Of a stretch of 64,000 nucleotides of DNA, positions 1-14,808 are shown one piece after another. The position numbers and the translations under genes are program-made. The DNA lies in assembly GCF_009914755.1 (NCBI RefSeq), contig NC_060928.1; one strand, given 5' to 3'. A model generated the notes under the pieces. The model searched no databases. It was not told the DNA's origin and worked only from the letters and a program-made list of their open reading frames with translations. Every line of letters begins with the position of its first letter. Position 1 is the stretch's first letter. This DNA comes from the human T2T-CHM13v2.0 reference genome, Homo sapiens.

Positions 1-689
1 GGGTTGGGGTTAATGTTTGCTTCCCTGGCATTAGTCCTGATATCTCTTCATTCTGAGTTTCCTAGTGTTTCTTTAACCATTTCTTCCAGGAGGTCTAGGG
101 GAGCCCCAGTCAATGGGATCCCTGTGGAGCTGTTCAAACATCCTAGGTAGGTTTTGAAATTGATGAGCTCCTGTGTCTCCACAGGGATGCTATTGATGTC
201 ATCAGAACAATTCCTTTTTGCATCTGAGCAGTTCCACTCATTGCAGATAATTCACCTCCTCTGCCCTGCTCACTTCAAGCCAGTGGTGCTTCCCACTCGT
301 GGGAGCAACCCCATACTCACCTTCAGATTCCCAAATGCTCCCTGGCAATGGCAGTATGCAGATACTCTTCATGGCTATTTGTAGCTTGCGCATAGAGAAA
401 TGCAAAGCCAAGTTTCAGTGAGTGTATGACTGTGTTTATTTTCTTACCTTGATTCTTACTGATATGCTCTCCCTTATTCTCTGGTTTGCTTATCATTTTC
501 CCCACTCCTTTCTTCCATTTTTGTTACTATCTAAGGACATATATTTAACAAAAGCCAGTTCAAACCCTTTTATGAGAGAGTATAGTGGAAAGTGAATGGA
601 TTTTGGAATTCCTTCATTAAATCCTATGAAATTGTGTCAATAGACCAAAAAATAGTCAGATAATGTGATTTCCTAGGGTTCAACCTAGT

Positions 690-895
690 AGATGGAGCAG
701 ATCCTAGATTTGCCTCCTGTGTATCCTTAGGCTAGTAACCTAACCTCTTTGAGTCCCCCAGTTTACTTTTATCTATAAAAACAGATCATAATTGTAAAAA
801 TCCATATAGGATTGTTCTGAGGATAAAATGAATTGAAAATATGTATAAAATTCTTTGTTCAGTGTTTGGAACATAGCAGGCACTTAAATGTTAAC
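690..895 (+). mobile_element. MIR SINE fragment
   Basis: MIR core: aacctctttgag...ggattgttctgaggataaaatga...acatagcaggcacttaaatgtt. Confidence 0.7.
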
Positions 896-1693
896 TTTCC
901 CCCGTTCGTCTATGTAACAGAGAAATTACTACTTCTTGAGGTTTCTAGGAGATTCCAGTGAGAGAATACAGTCAAGCACTCAGCATAGCATCTGGCACTT
1001 GCTTGGCACCCTGTACCACTGGCTGTTCTTATTATTGTTTTTGGAAATAGTCCAAAAGTCAATTATGAATATGACATAGTCATTGCAACTCTGTGTCACT
1101 GTGCACCCAGTGGCTCGCTCCCTTGGGCTGCCAGCAAGCCACGGGATGAAGGCATTTGGATTATACTTTCTAGCTTCTCTCATCTAGCTTGTGATCAAAA
1201 ACTGGGCAAGAAAATTTGGGTCCCTTACAAACTTGATCATGTGTGAATAATGAACTTTGGCTGGCAGAGCTTGGGGACTAGAGTGATTGTTTTGAAAACA
1301 ATAACCCTGACCTCTGTGGTGATGTCATTTTCTCCCATCCATCCAGTCTGTTGTGGTTTTCTTCTCTGGGAAGCTGTTCCAGAACCTTCTAGGCAGTGTT
1401 AATAGGTTCTTGTCTGGCTGCTAAGTACCCATACACAACTCCACTTTAGTGCTATTATAGAGCTCTACCTCTTTGTCCCATCTTTGTACCGGATTGAGAG
1501 CTTTCTTGAAGACCCTTTGTCTTTGTATTTCACTCATTGGACACTGGTGTAGCAAATAATCCATCTATAGAAACACTTGGTGAATAGATTGAGACCAAGT
1601 TATAAGATTTCTACCTAGGCCACCTGATCATCAATGACTGCCTTTAACTTTCTCCCAGTCTTAGTCAGTATTATTCTCTCTCTCTGTGTTTCT

Positions 1694-1694
<1 letters not shown>

Positions 1695-1734
<40 letters not shown>
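1695..1734. repeat. (AC)20 microsatellite
   Basis: Read directly from the sequence. Confidence 0.98.
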
Positions 1735-1736
<2 letters not shown>

Positions 1737-2494
1737 TGTATAAACAACAGACCCATCCCTAAAGACTGGGAGACCAAAGGATGGATGTATTTGCTTTCTT
1801 CAAGTGTAAGATTCTCTATTACAAATTCCATCTTCCTAGGAGTCATAGAACTGAACTTAAAAGTTTTGTTTTGCAAACGTATTGTCATGAAATGAAAGTG
1901 TGAGTATGTTAATCTACAAATAAGTGACCAATAAAGAATGTCTTAGTGGATTTTTGTCTCAGTTCCTGTGTTGCTGAAATGATTTTCCAAAGATAAGAAA
2001 TCTGTTGGCAAACACTTATTCTATCATCACTGATAAATGAGCTGCTTGTCAGAAGGAGGTCTGGCCTTAGATTCTTGTCATGATTTCAGCATGAGATGTG
2101 GTGTGTCACGGATGTGTCCTAGTCTTGTAGGACAGGTTGAGGGTTGATGGTGTAACTTTGTGTGGAGACATTTTATCACATGGAGGAATTGTTGGCTATC
2201 GACCATGTGCTGCATAGCACCAAATTAGGCACCAAGAGGCATAAAAACAGAATGTAAGACATGATCTTCAAAAGTTTTATGATGTGCTTGGGGACTGGAC
2301 CCACACACACAGAGCAGTTAAGTTACAGTGTAAACCAGTGTACGAGTAAATGTAAAACCAACAAAGATTTAATCTCCAAGATTTAATAAGAGGTTAAATG
2401 AGGATACTGTTATGACTTGGGAGACAGTTAATTGGGGAGATATAATATTAATTGACTATTAAGAATAGGTTGAGGGAAAGGGAAAATCATCTTT

Positions 2495-3417
2495 ATAGAG
2501 AAAAACAAGTAGTTTTTTCTTTCTTTATACTTTCATAACACTCTGGTCACAAAAATGTGTGGTTTTTATCCCTCATAATGACCAATTCTCCAATACCAGC
2601 TGGTTATCTTAAAGTTTAACTTAATCTCGACACTAACTGGAGATAATACAGACTACACAGGTTAAGGGCTCAGTCCCACAAGACTGCCCCCACCCCTCAT
2701 TTAGATGCCAGTTGCAAATAACAGGTCCTCAGGTGATCCACAACTTCTGTCCACTTGGCTACAAATTGGAGGCTCTCATGGCCTCCTTCTTGGGTTTGAA
2801 TATTTATCAGAATGGCTCACAGAACTCCGGGGTACATCCGTGTATTTATGGATTTATTCTAAAGGATCTGATAAAGGGTACACATGAACAGCCAAATGGA
2901 AGATGCAGAGGGGAAGGCGTGGGGCCAAGGGAATAGGGTTTTCATCCCTTTCTTGTTGGTCCATCCTCCCAGCACCTCCACACGCCCAGCAACCCAGTAT
3001 ATCTTCAGACTCTTGAAACAGAGGGATTGAAACCGGGATTTTTATGGAGGCTTTGTCACTTAGGCATGATTGGTTGTTAATTCCATTTCCAGCCTCTCTC
3101 CCCTTCCTGGAGGATGGGAGTGGGGCTAGAAGTTCCAAGCTTCTAATCGTAGCTTGGTCTTTCTGGTAACCAGCCTCCATCTAGGAGCCTACCAAGAGTC
3201 ACCTCATTAGAGCAAAAGACACTCCTATCACCCAGGAAATTCCAAGGGATTAGGAGTTCTGCGTCAGCAACTGGGGTCAGAGACTAAATATCAGAGTAAA
3301 AAAATGCACCTAGCATTCCTATTGCTCAGGAAATTACAAGGATTTTAGGGACTCTGTGCCAGGAGCTGGGGATGAAGACCAAAATATGGATTTCTTAATA
3401 TAATTCACAGTATCACA
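2495..3417 (-). mobile_element. MER21-family LTR (ERVL class)
   Basis: The reverse complement begins TGTGATACTGTGAATTATATTAAGAAA, like MER21, and contains the characteristic cccacaagactgccccca...gatgcca motif. Left end approximate. Confidence 0.7.
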
Positions 3418-3559
3418 GCATCCTACACAGGGACAAAGGCAGGAGGGAAGGTTTGGAGTCAGGAATGAGTAGGCTGTGTTTGGCACATATAGAGGATAGG
3501 TGCCTGAAAGGGCAAGGACATCTCTTCCTTTATCCAACTGACCTTTATAGGAACCCACT

Positions 3560-4530
3560 TATGAGTGTGGTAAGTTACTGTAAAGATGAATGCATTATGC
3601 AATCAAATCATGTAATGGTGGTGGTGGGAGGGGGGCGGGCAGCTGATTTGAGATCTAAATCCTGACTGTGTGGGATATAAATCTCAGATTCCCTTCAAGA
3701 AGCACATTTAGGTGGAGACCTGAACGAAGAGGAGAAATTATTCTCTTCTACCAGGAAAGAGGAAAGGGAAATGAAAGTTGAGAAGAAACATACTCTAGGG
3801 CTGAAAGAATAACATGATTGAAAACTCTACGACTGGAACAAGCTCTGTGTCTTGGAGGAATTGCAGGTAGACTTGTTTGGCCAAAAGGTAGAAAACCAGT
3901 GGGGCAATGGTATGAGATCAGTGTGGATGGAGAGAAGTAGTGGGGGCAAGATTGTGCAGGGCCTTGCAAGCCATATAAGGATTTGGTGGTTTGATTCCCA
4001 AGAGCAATGGAAATGAAGAGGATTTTGAAGAAATCAGCAGCACCTGGTAGAGTATAGTGATGAATGAAAGAAAAGACAAAAAATAATTTTGGTGTTTCAG
4101 TTGAGTGGGGTCCTGATACAAGCCAGAAAGGCTCCTCTGTTTGTTGGAGAGGTCATGGTTTTAGTTTGGGCAGGATGAGTTCGGGATATGGACAAGCCAC
4201 CCAGGACCAGAGTCCTGTAGGCTGTTGGGGATGAGGGCCTGGCTCTTAGAGGTGAGACGATGCATTCAACTTGCTCAAGTTGGATTTGTGAGCCATTGTC
4301 GGACATCAGGGTTAAGCTATGAGATATGGAAGCCTCTCTGAGGGAAAGGCCACATTAGGAAAGAGCCGCAGAAGGAGGTCTCAGTTTGAGGAAGTGTCTC
4401 CCCTGGGTCATGGGTGGGAGAAAGAGAAGCTCACAAAAGAGCTATCAGAGAGATGAGAGGAAACCCAGGAGACTGTGAGGTCATGGAAACCAAGAGGGCT
4501 AAGAAGACTTTTAAGAAGGTGGAGGTGACT
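3560..4530 (-). mobile_element. Degenerate L2 LINE fragments
   Basis: Purine-rich L2-antisense motifs (agattgtgcagggccttgcaagccat...gagcaatgg; gaggaaacccaggagactgtgaggtcatggaaaccaagag). Confidence 0.6.
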
Positions 4531-4812
4531 TGTATTGTATGTCCCCAGTAGATATCAGTTTGAGCAAAACCTCAGAAAAGGCCTGCCTTGCTTGCAGAAG
4601 GAAGGACTGGAGACTTTTAACAATTAATATGTATCTCTGGGAACTGCCAGTCAACTGATCATGATTCCACCTAACTGTTTTAGGTCTAGCTCATGTTTGT
4701 GTATCATTCCAACAGCTATTGTTAGAGACCTTGTGTAATATAAAGTACACATGCAATCATTTTCTGAAACATTGGTAAAGAGATGAGATTAGTATGACCC
4801 AATGGCTGATTA

Positions 4813-4945
4813 GTAGAGCAACAATACAACCTGTCATTCAAACTGAGACACTGTTCAGAGCGAAAGGGGGTATTAACCAGATGAGATGCTGGAACAAGTG
4901 GAAGCTGGGACTGACCTCAGCTAACTGGGATATATGGTCACCCCA
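4813..4945 (-). mobile_element. MER94-like hAT-Blackjack MITE
   Basis: Terminal atatggtcaccc and internal caaactgagacact...gaaagggggtattaa match the MER94 reverse complement. Confidence 0.6.
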
Positions 4946-6358
4946 GTTATTGATGACTTTAGACTGGTCCCTACTGGTCACCATTGCTTTGTTCAGTATT
5001 CACAAACCAATCCCTTATTTAGTCCTCAGAGCAACCCCAGTGAACCTAGATCTTCCAACCCCTCTTCTGTAGATGATTAGATGGAGACCCGAGGTGGTAG
5101 GGCACAATGTGTCTTTGCACTCTTTGTCTAGAGCTCTCTCTCTAACCCAGATGCTCGCTCCAATCTCAGCAAACTTGGGTCCTTTTTCCATTACTGATTT
5201 TGGCCTTAGCAGACTGGGAAGAATTTGATAGACTTTCTATGTAGGGTTCTCCCTTGTCCTTCTGCCAAATCACAATTGGCCACGCTGACTTGGCCTGTCT
5301 CCAGCTGTTTGGCACCAAGACTCATTAAGCCTTTAAGTTCAAGTGAGGACATTTCAACCCGCTCCTTTTCTGAAAAAGATCTCCAGTGAAAAAGCTGCTT
5401 TTTGTTTGAAGATTGGCCTGGCTTAGGTGGGGGCTTAGGCAAGAATTGAGTATCCCCAACAGGCTTCTGTTAGAAAGATGAAAACAGATGGAGAACATGG
5501 AAGGTGAATATGCAGGACTCATGGTGAGCAGAATGAGCCCCCAGTGTTGCCTCTTTTTTTGAATCCTCACCAAATAAATAGCCCTTGGCTCCTACTCAAA
5601 AGAGGGACTCAGCACAGTAGGGGTACTGTCTCCATTCAAACTGTTCTTTGGACATCAATTACAAAGTCTACTCTGGGAGCTCTTGTGTGCACTTGAGCAT
5701 CTTGCCTTTGGAATATTCTCAAGCTCATCCATCTTTGTAAATATTCTGTTCATTAAAAATTATACGATCCTTGTCACTTCCTTTCTCCTAATACATAGTC
5801 TTATATGACCCAGACCCAGTAGGGCATTTACAGAGTTTGTTTTGAAGCTTCCTAGAAATGTGTTTGAAACTTATTTTAGCAGAATTGTCACTTGGAACCA
5901 CTTCCCTCAACATGTGGCAATTCCCTCATCCTATTAATCTGCTCCTTAATAAATATTAAAATTCTCCTGACTTGAATCTCAGGCTAATCTTTCTCCTCCT
6001 GAACAAATTTTTGACAGATTTTTAAGAATGATCAATTAATTTAAGAAAATATAACAACTGGTTTAAATGTGGACTGCTCATGTGGTAGATGAGAAACTGG
6101 CCTAGCCCATTGCCTGCCTGTGGGGTTACATGCTGGATTAGGCTTTGCTTAGATTTAAGAGGATTTAGTAGCTCTAATTGTATTTCCTTAATAATCCATT
6201 TTTTGATTGTCTCTAATGGGCTGTCAGGCTTGGTGGGCTGGCTTCCCATGATGAAGTGTGCAAAATCTCTGCCTCACCTGTTCTGAATGTTCCCTTTGGT
6301 TACTCGAAGGAGTGGACTTTTTCTTAAATAGCCTACTAAGGACCCAGTTTATAAATGA

Positions 6359-6687
<329 letters not shown>

Positions 6688-7528
6688 TAGACTTCCTTCT
6701 TGGTATCAAGAGGAAGAAAGAGTGAATAAAAAGAAAAAGTGAAGACTGTATATCTGAGTGATTAGCTCTAGTGCTTGCCCTTCCTTAAGCCACTGTAGAC
6801 TCTGCTGGGAGGCTAACATTCCCAAACATGGCTTCATCGTGACTGGTGGCCTCTTCCCAGAAGACGGGGTGTGATTCAAGTTCCTTTGCCTAGAACGTGG
6901 TGTCCCTCTGTCTGGGTGCAATGATTCTATTCAACTCATCAGCCCTGTCCATTTGCACTGGTCACAGAGGTTGATCTATTATTGTTCCTACAATTCTCTT
7001 TGTGCTTCCCTGCTTTGTATCTTTCTTGCATTTGCTTCTAGCTACCTGCAGTGCTGTATTCCCTGTCCATTTCCATCTTCTTAAATCCCAAACAAACGCA
7101 ATGGGCACCTTTCCCTCCACCACAACATCCCCAGTGCTGCAACCTGAATTCAGTCCTCTGAGCACCCATCGCTGTGACAGCCATACATCCCGAAGTGGAG
7201 ATGACAACCCTGATTTCAACTGCTGTCTCCCTCATTTCTTGTTTGAAGGAGAAATTTTGGCTGTGCCTAGAGCAAGTCATTTGTCTCACACATGGCACTA
7301 CTCATGAAGTTGGATATTTTAACTTTCTATTAGATGATAAATTCCTTGAAGTACTGACAGCGACTCACCCATCTTTGTATGCCTAATGGTGCTTGCACAT
7401 GGCAGGCATGTAGTAAGCTTTTGAAGGGAGGACGGGAAGAAGAAAGATTATTTTAAAATTAATACTTTTGAAATTATTGATATGTTTATAACTAACCAGT
7501 AAATTTGTGTAGTAAAATGCTACAATTT

Positions 7529-8687
7529 TAACTCAGAATGGATCATAGACATAAATGTAAGTGCTAAACCTACAAAACTCTTAGAATAAAACATGGCAGT
7601 AAATCTTTGTGACCTTGGATTAGGCAATCATTTTTTATATATAACATCAAAAATACAAGTGACAAGAAAAAATAAATAAACTGGACTATATCAAAATTAA
7701 AAACTTTTGTCCTGCAAATGATATCATCTCTCAACCCACAGAATGGGAAAAAATATTTGCAAATCATATATCTGATAAGAGGCTTGTATCCAAAATATAT
7801 AAAGAGCTCTTATAACTCAATAATAAAAAGATAACCCAATTTAAAAATGGACAAAATATCGGAATAGACACTTCTCCAAAGAAGCTACAAAAATGACTAG
7901 TAAGTACATAAAAAAGATGTTCAACGTTGTTAGTCTTGAGAGAAATGCAAATCAAATCCACAATGAAATACCACTTCACACCTACTAGGATGGCTATAAT
8001 AAAAAAGGAAGACAGTAAGAAGTGTGGCATGATGTGGAGAAATGAGAACTTTCATGCATTACTTGCAGGGTTGCAAAATGACACAGCCATTTTGGAAAAC
8101 AGTTTGGCAGTTCCTCAAAAGGTTAAACATTAAGTTACCATATGACCCAGCTGTTATACTCCTAAGTACATACCCAAGAGAAATGAAAACACACATCCAC
8201 ACAAAATCTTGTACTCAAATGTTCATAGCAGCATTATTCATAATAGCCAAAAGGTGGAAACACCCAAATGTCCACAGAGTGATGAATGGATAGATCAAAT
8301 GTGGTATATCCTTGCAATGCAATATTATTTGGCTATAAAAAGGAATAAAGCATTGATGCATGCTACAACATGGATGAACCTTAAAAGCATGTTAAATGAA
8401 AGAAACCAGTCATAAAAGACTACACATTATATAATTTCATTTATATAAATGTTCTGAATAGGCAAATCTATAGAGACAGAAGGCAAATTAGTGGTTGTTT
8501 GGGGCTGGGGGTTGTGGGTGAGTAAGAGGGGAAGTGAAAACTAATGGATTTGGGGCTTCTGCTAGTGGAAGGGAAACTAAAATTAGTTTGTAGTGATGGT
8601 TGCATAATCCTGTGAATGTACAAAAATATTGAATTCTACATTTTCAGTGGGTAAACTATGTGAATTGTATCTCAAGTCATTAAAACA
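7529..8687 (+). mobile_element. L1M (L1MB-like) ORF2 3' end and 3' UTR
   Basis: Frameshifted ORF2 C-terminal peptides ([23 protein letters not shown]; [20 protein letters not shown]; CTQMFIAALFIIAKRWKHP) followed by an L1M 3' UTR. Confidence 0.9.
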
Positions 8688-9462
8688 CAAACACATACAC
8701 ACACAATGGGATTTAAATTTTTGGCTTCAAGATGTTTAAAAAGTCATCTAGAAATCTCATTCCAAATATCATTTAGTTCATTTCTGATGTGCTAGTATCA
8801 TATTGTAAAGTGCTGCTCATATTTTAGAACATCATTGAAGAGAATGTTTCATAGATTGATATTTATATTGTCTACTTCAAAAGAGATATAAAGAAAATTA
8901 CAAAAATAAAACTAAAAAAGGCACATTCATTAAGATCAGAAATAGTAACATCAGACAAAGAAAGGCCATGGAATGGAAGAATGAGAAGATGTTATTACTT
9001 AAATACTACATGGCTTTTGCATCACTTAAAACTCTTCTTCTGCCACAGATGAAAAGGCGTTGCTTGCTGTTTGATGATTTTCCTGCCAGAGCCTCTGGCC
9101 TCAAGAATGTATTCCCCAGTCCTCTGAATAAAGCTGCATTTTGTATTTCTGCTGCACGCCCAGTAAAGGAGAATAATGTGTGTTGCCCAAGGGGAGATGG
9201 CCATATTGTTTTCTCCTTGCCCCATTTGTGTATCCGGTGGTACATAAAAAAAGAAGGACCCAGAGATTTTACTGCTTCCTTTGGAGCCAACTCCTAACTC
9301 TTCTTTAGAGAGGAACAGGGGGACTCCACTCATTCCCATCCCCTCTTTCACAAACCAACAGGAACTTCATGCAGTAATGACTGGCAGGAAGGAACTAAAA
9401 GCCTGTCCGATGATCCTTTCCCTGGTGTGGTTGCTTGAATCCAACTTTAGTCTTGGTCCTGA

Positions 9463-10460
<998 letters not shown>

Positions 10461-11279
10461 GACTTTTGATTGCTTTCTGCTGTGCCCCAAATACAAATAG
10501 GTGAATAAAACACCACGCCTCCCAAGGAGCAGCAGAAATCCTTACTGCACCTATCTTGCTATGCCTGTCCTTAGTTTACATCCTTACTATGCACATGTAC
10601 GTCTCAGAGGTTCTCTTCCAAGTTACTTGTTTAGAACTTGGAAGTTATTTCCCTATAGAAGCAGTTCGCTTCACAAAGTCTTATGTAACCCAAACCACAT
10701 CTGAGATTGTGTCAGCCCCACTGTTGAACCCGGCTTCTTGAGTGTGTCTGGGCTTAGCTGGTGTGGGGTAAACTTTTGATGACAAGATGTGGAATGAATA
10801 GGAAGTAGATTCAGAATTCTCATGGCCACATTAGGAGCAGACTCCCCTTTCTCTGTAGCTGTTGGCTTGTCCTCGTCATCCTCAGGACGGCAAGTGAGGC
10901 TGGGGAGATGGGAGCCTTGAAAAGAGTTAAAGCCCAATTTTGGCAGAAAGCAGGGCTGGAGCCAGCTGTGGCTGCGGTGATCACGCAGCCGGGTCTGTCT
11001 TTAGAGCTTCTTTCTGCCTTTCCTTTGTCGGCATCCTCCCTTCCTTCCTCCGCGTCCCCAGCTTTTCTATTGCCTTCCGCCTGTCCAGAGACTACGCCTA
11101 TGGAGGCCTGTCCTTCAGAAGGATTGGCATTGTCTCGTTCCCTCACTGCTGTTCTTTCATTGCTTCTAACCTAGCCTTAGCCACAGGCAGGATTCTCAGG
11201 AGGAGAAGTGAGCCAGTGATCAACACAGCCAATTTTCACCAGTGGGAGGGCTGCATTGAAATCTGCTTGGAGAAGATGG

Positions 11280-11500
11280 TAATAATGCCGGCCATTGATG
11301 AAGTGTATATTGTACACCGGGCCTGTGCCAAGTGCATTACATGCATTGTTTTACTTATTCCACATCCTCAAGCTATGACTAGCAGGTATTTTTGTCACCA
11401 TTTGAAAGAGGAGGAAACTGAGGCTCGTGGATGTCAAATGCGTAAATAACTTGTCTAGTGAGTTACAGGGCTATGATTTGAACCCAGGTCTTTCTGTCTC
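11280..11500 (-). mobile_element. MIR SINE
   Basis: gaggaaactgaggctc...ataacttgtc...gatttgaacccagg. Confidence 0.7.
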
Positions 11501-12714
11501 TGGAGCTTCCTGCTGCTCTTGGAATTTTATGGATCCCAATCCTGGAACTCTTTGTTCTGAGAACTTCTTGCTAAAGAAGAGTTGGGAGCTGGCTGTGTAT
11601 TCCACCCCAAGACTGGATACAGAAATCTTCAGAGCTGCATCACAGCAATTTCACCCTCTGAGTTTTCTCTCCACGCTCTTGATAGCAAACCCAGCAATAA
11701 CTGGGTTTTAGCTGCGCAAAGGAAATACTAATTACAATCATTTAAACATAATTACTACATAGCACAATGATGATTGCATGTATCACTCCCTGTGTCAGAG
11801 TAACTTTAGTCTCCATTTTATGTAGTTATACTAAGTTCTTTTCGTGTGTTGGCAGCTTTCACGGTTCATTGATCATATGTTTCATCCTAAGCTTGTAGCT
11901 TATAAAAGCAGGGAGAGTCTTGAGTGGGAAAGGCAATTTGGGGGTGATTGGGCTTGATTACCAGGTGAAGGCATTTGGAGGGCATCCTGTGGCACTTGGG
12001 AGCCTGGAAGTCCTTGGAAGAGGGAAGGATCCCGGCCAGAGCCAGGTTTTAGCAGTGGTCAGTTGGAGTGCAGTTTGGGTGCAGTGGGCCTGTGGATTAG
12101 GATGGCAGAGACTGGTGGCTGGAGATTATCTGTAGAAATGCAAAAAGTGAAGCATCATAGAAAAGCACTCTCTTCAGATTTAGAAACCCAAGTTTATAAT
12201 CCCAAATCTACCGCTTAGGAGCTCTGACCTCAGACATGTGCCTTCACCTCCCGGGGACAGTTCCTTTACTCCTTATCTAGATTATTTGATTTGATTTTTA
12301 TGCCTTTTCTAGTTTCCAAAGTCCATAATTTCCAGACAGCAGGAATAGTTATGCAAAGAACAGACTGTAAAAGATATTGGAAATGGATCAAAGCACTCTG
12401 AACATATTCAAATAATTGCTGTCTGTTCCTTCCCATGCTTACAGTATAGATGATTTTATTAGTGTTAGTGTTTTAGTATTAAGAGGGATGTGATAGGCAA
12501 GAAGAGGTTTTATTTTTCCCCCTAGAAAATGTGGGAAAATAAAAATTGGTCCATTTGTTTACAGTATCCCAAATGTTAGCTCTTCTTCCTTCTGCTGCCA
12601 TCCCAGCAAGATCCGGAGGGAAGTATGTGCCCAGGTGTTAAACTTCACATTCTGGAACAGGATTTTCTTGGGTACAGTTTGCCTGGGTATTGGAGAAAGG
12701 CCTCCTGCAGAGAT

Positions 12715-13140
12715 ATAACAGTCAAGATAGTGCTAGGTGCTGTAAGTAATAAACCCCTAAATCTCAGTGGTGTAACACTGTGGAAATGTATTTCCACTCT
12801 TGTATGGCCTAATGTTGGCAACAGGGAAGGATGGAGACAACTCTGCTTTAGGCAGTTATTTAGGGACACCAGCTAATAGAGACTCCATCTTCAACATACA
12901 ACTTCCGAGGACTTCCGGGTGTCAACATCTAACTAGTAAATGTGGAGGAGAGAGAATGGAGAATTGTTTGAGAGGGTTTTTAGGGCCAGGCCTGCATGTG
13001 ATAGAATAACTTCTGCCTGTGCTTCATTGGCCAGCACTCTATTATATAGCCACAGCAAATTGCAAAGGAGGCTGGGCAATAAAGTCCAGTGTGTGCCCGA
13101 GACAGCAGGAAGATAAGAATGGTAAGCAGTCTCTGCCACA
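12715..13140 (-). mobile_element. MLT1 (MaLR) LTR, older K/L-type
   Basis: Contains aaacccctaaatctcagtgg...cattggccagcact and ends tctgccaca. Confidence 0.65.
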
Positions 13141-14321
13141 GGTGCTGTATTACAGTACTGATAGCACTGCTGAGCCCTAGAAATACACGGGGTCAGGCTC
13201 AACTTCTTGGAATTCCAAATCTACAAAAACCTTCTAAAGCTCCTATGATCTCTTCTTAGGTGTGCTCCAGGCAAGTGGCTTAAGTGTGACCTATATTTCA
13301 CACATTCTGAACCGTGCATAGCATCCCACAAGCATTTGGTAGATATTGATGGCAGCTTGCGTTCCAACACTCTTGTTCATTTGAAACTCCTCTGTTTCAC
13401 ATTTCACTTTTCCCTATATTTTAGTCGATTTTTCTTGATCTCAGAGGATTTGTTAATTTTCCTGGTTTTGCCTGGGCAAGAAAGAAATCTTTTAAAATGA
13501 CATCTGTAACAGATTTTTGGTCAAGGTTAAATTGATCTCATGCTTAGGTTCAAAAACAGATGCCATGTTATGTTAAATGAAAGTGCATATACTTTCATCC
13601 AGGGTACATAGTCAAACCCAGAAAGTGATCAAGGAAACCACATAGAAAAACACTATTGAGCCAAATTAAAAGGGACACAAAGTGGGTAATTTTGTGATCA
13701 TAGTTGCCTATTGCAGCTGTACAAACCAAGCTAATGAGATGATGATGTAATCTCTTGTTGCAAAGAATAAAGTGATTTCCTATGAGATTAAGCATGAACT
13801 TTCCAACCTTGTGTTTAAGATTTAGATAGCTCTTCTGTTCTTCCCGAAACTCTAGGATAATTACTAGAATTGAATTTCTGAGCTAAATGACTTATAGAGT
13901 AAGCTCAATCCTTTTTAAATTTGCAATCCTTTAAGAATTTTACCTTTAATGTTCACATTACAGTCCGATAACATATAAGCTGCCCATTGCTATAATTCCT
14001 AACGTCTAGATGGTCTCATAAGGTACCATTTTGTAGCACTATTCTTAGTGCTGTGCTCCTTGAAGAACTACTATATGGGCTGTTGGAAGAGTCTGTCTGA
14101 AACAGAACCTCTCTCTTCCAGAGTAGGGCTTTGAGGTTTTTGTTTGTTTGTTTGTTTTTTAAGTTGCAGATAGAAAAAAAGTCTTCACTTTGTATTTCAT
14201 AATCATTAAATGATGATTGAGAGACTACCACATGCTGGATATTAGGGGTGCAAAGAGTTATTAAATGCAGTCTGTGGTTGAATTGGAACATTAGCATCAT
14301 TCCTGGGTGTCTCAACAATTG

Positions 14322-14808
14322 TTTCTTTTTTGTTGTTAATTTGCTTTAAGTTCTGAGATACATGTGCAGAACGTGCAGGTTTGTTACATAGGTATACGTG
14401 TGCCATGGTGGTTTGCTGCACCTATTAACCTGTCATCTAGGTTTTAAGCCCCACATGCATTAGGTATTTGTCCTAATGTTCTGCCTCTTCTTGCCCCCCA
14501 CCCCCGATAGGCCCTGGTGTGTGGTGTTCCCCTCCCTGTGTCCATGTGTTCTCATTGTTCAACTCCCACTTATAAGTGAGAATATGCGGTGTTTGGTTTT
14601 CTCTTCCTAGGTTAGTTTGGTGAGGATGATGGTTTCCAGCTTCATCCATGTCCCTGCAAAGGACATGAACACATTTTTTTTTACGGCTGCATAGTATTCC
14701 ATGGTGTATATGTGCCACATTTTCTTTATCCAGTCTGTCATTGATGGGCATTTGGGTTGGTTCCAAGTCTTTGCTATTGTAAATAGTACTACAATAAACA
14801 TACATGTG
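14322..14808 (-). mobile_element. 5'-truncated L1PA (primate L1) 3' end
   Basis: tttaagttctgagatacatgtgcagaacgtgcagg...; ORF2 C-terminus FTIAKTWNQPKCPS...WIKKMWHIYTMEYYAA; TSD aattgtttctt at 14317-14327 and 14826-14836. Confidence 0.95.

Noticed and set aside
5590-6290. Possible ancient retroelement coding remnant (also about 60-500)
   Set aside because: This was only a vague impression. I could read no diagnostic motif, and a profile-HMM search would be needed.
7764-8415. ORFs with L1 ORF2-like peptides
   Set aside because: They are frameshifted remnants of an old L1 and are not functional.
10940-11449. 169-aa ORF
   Set aside because: It has a non-ATG start, runs into a MIR, and shows no recognisable domain or splice context.
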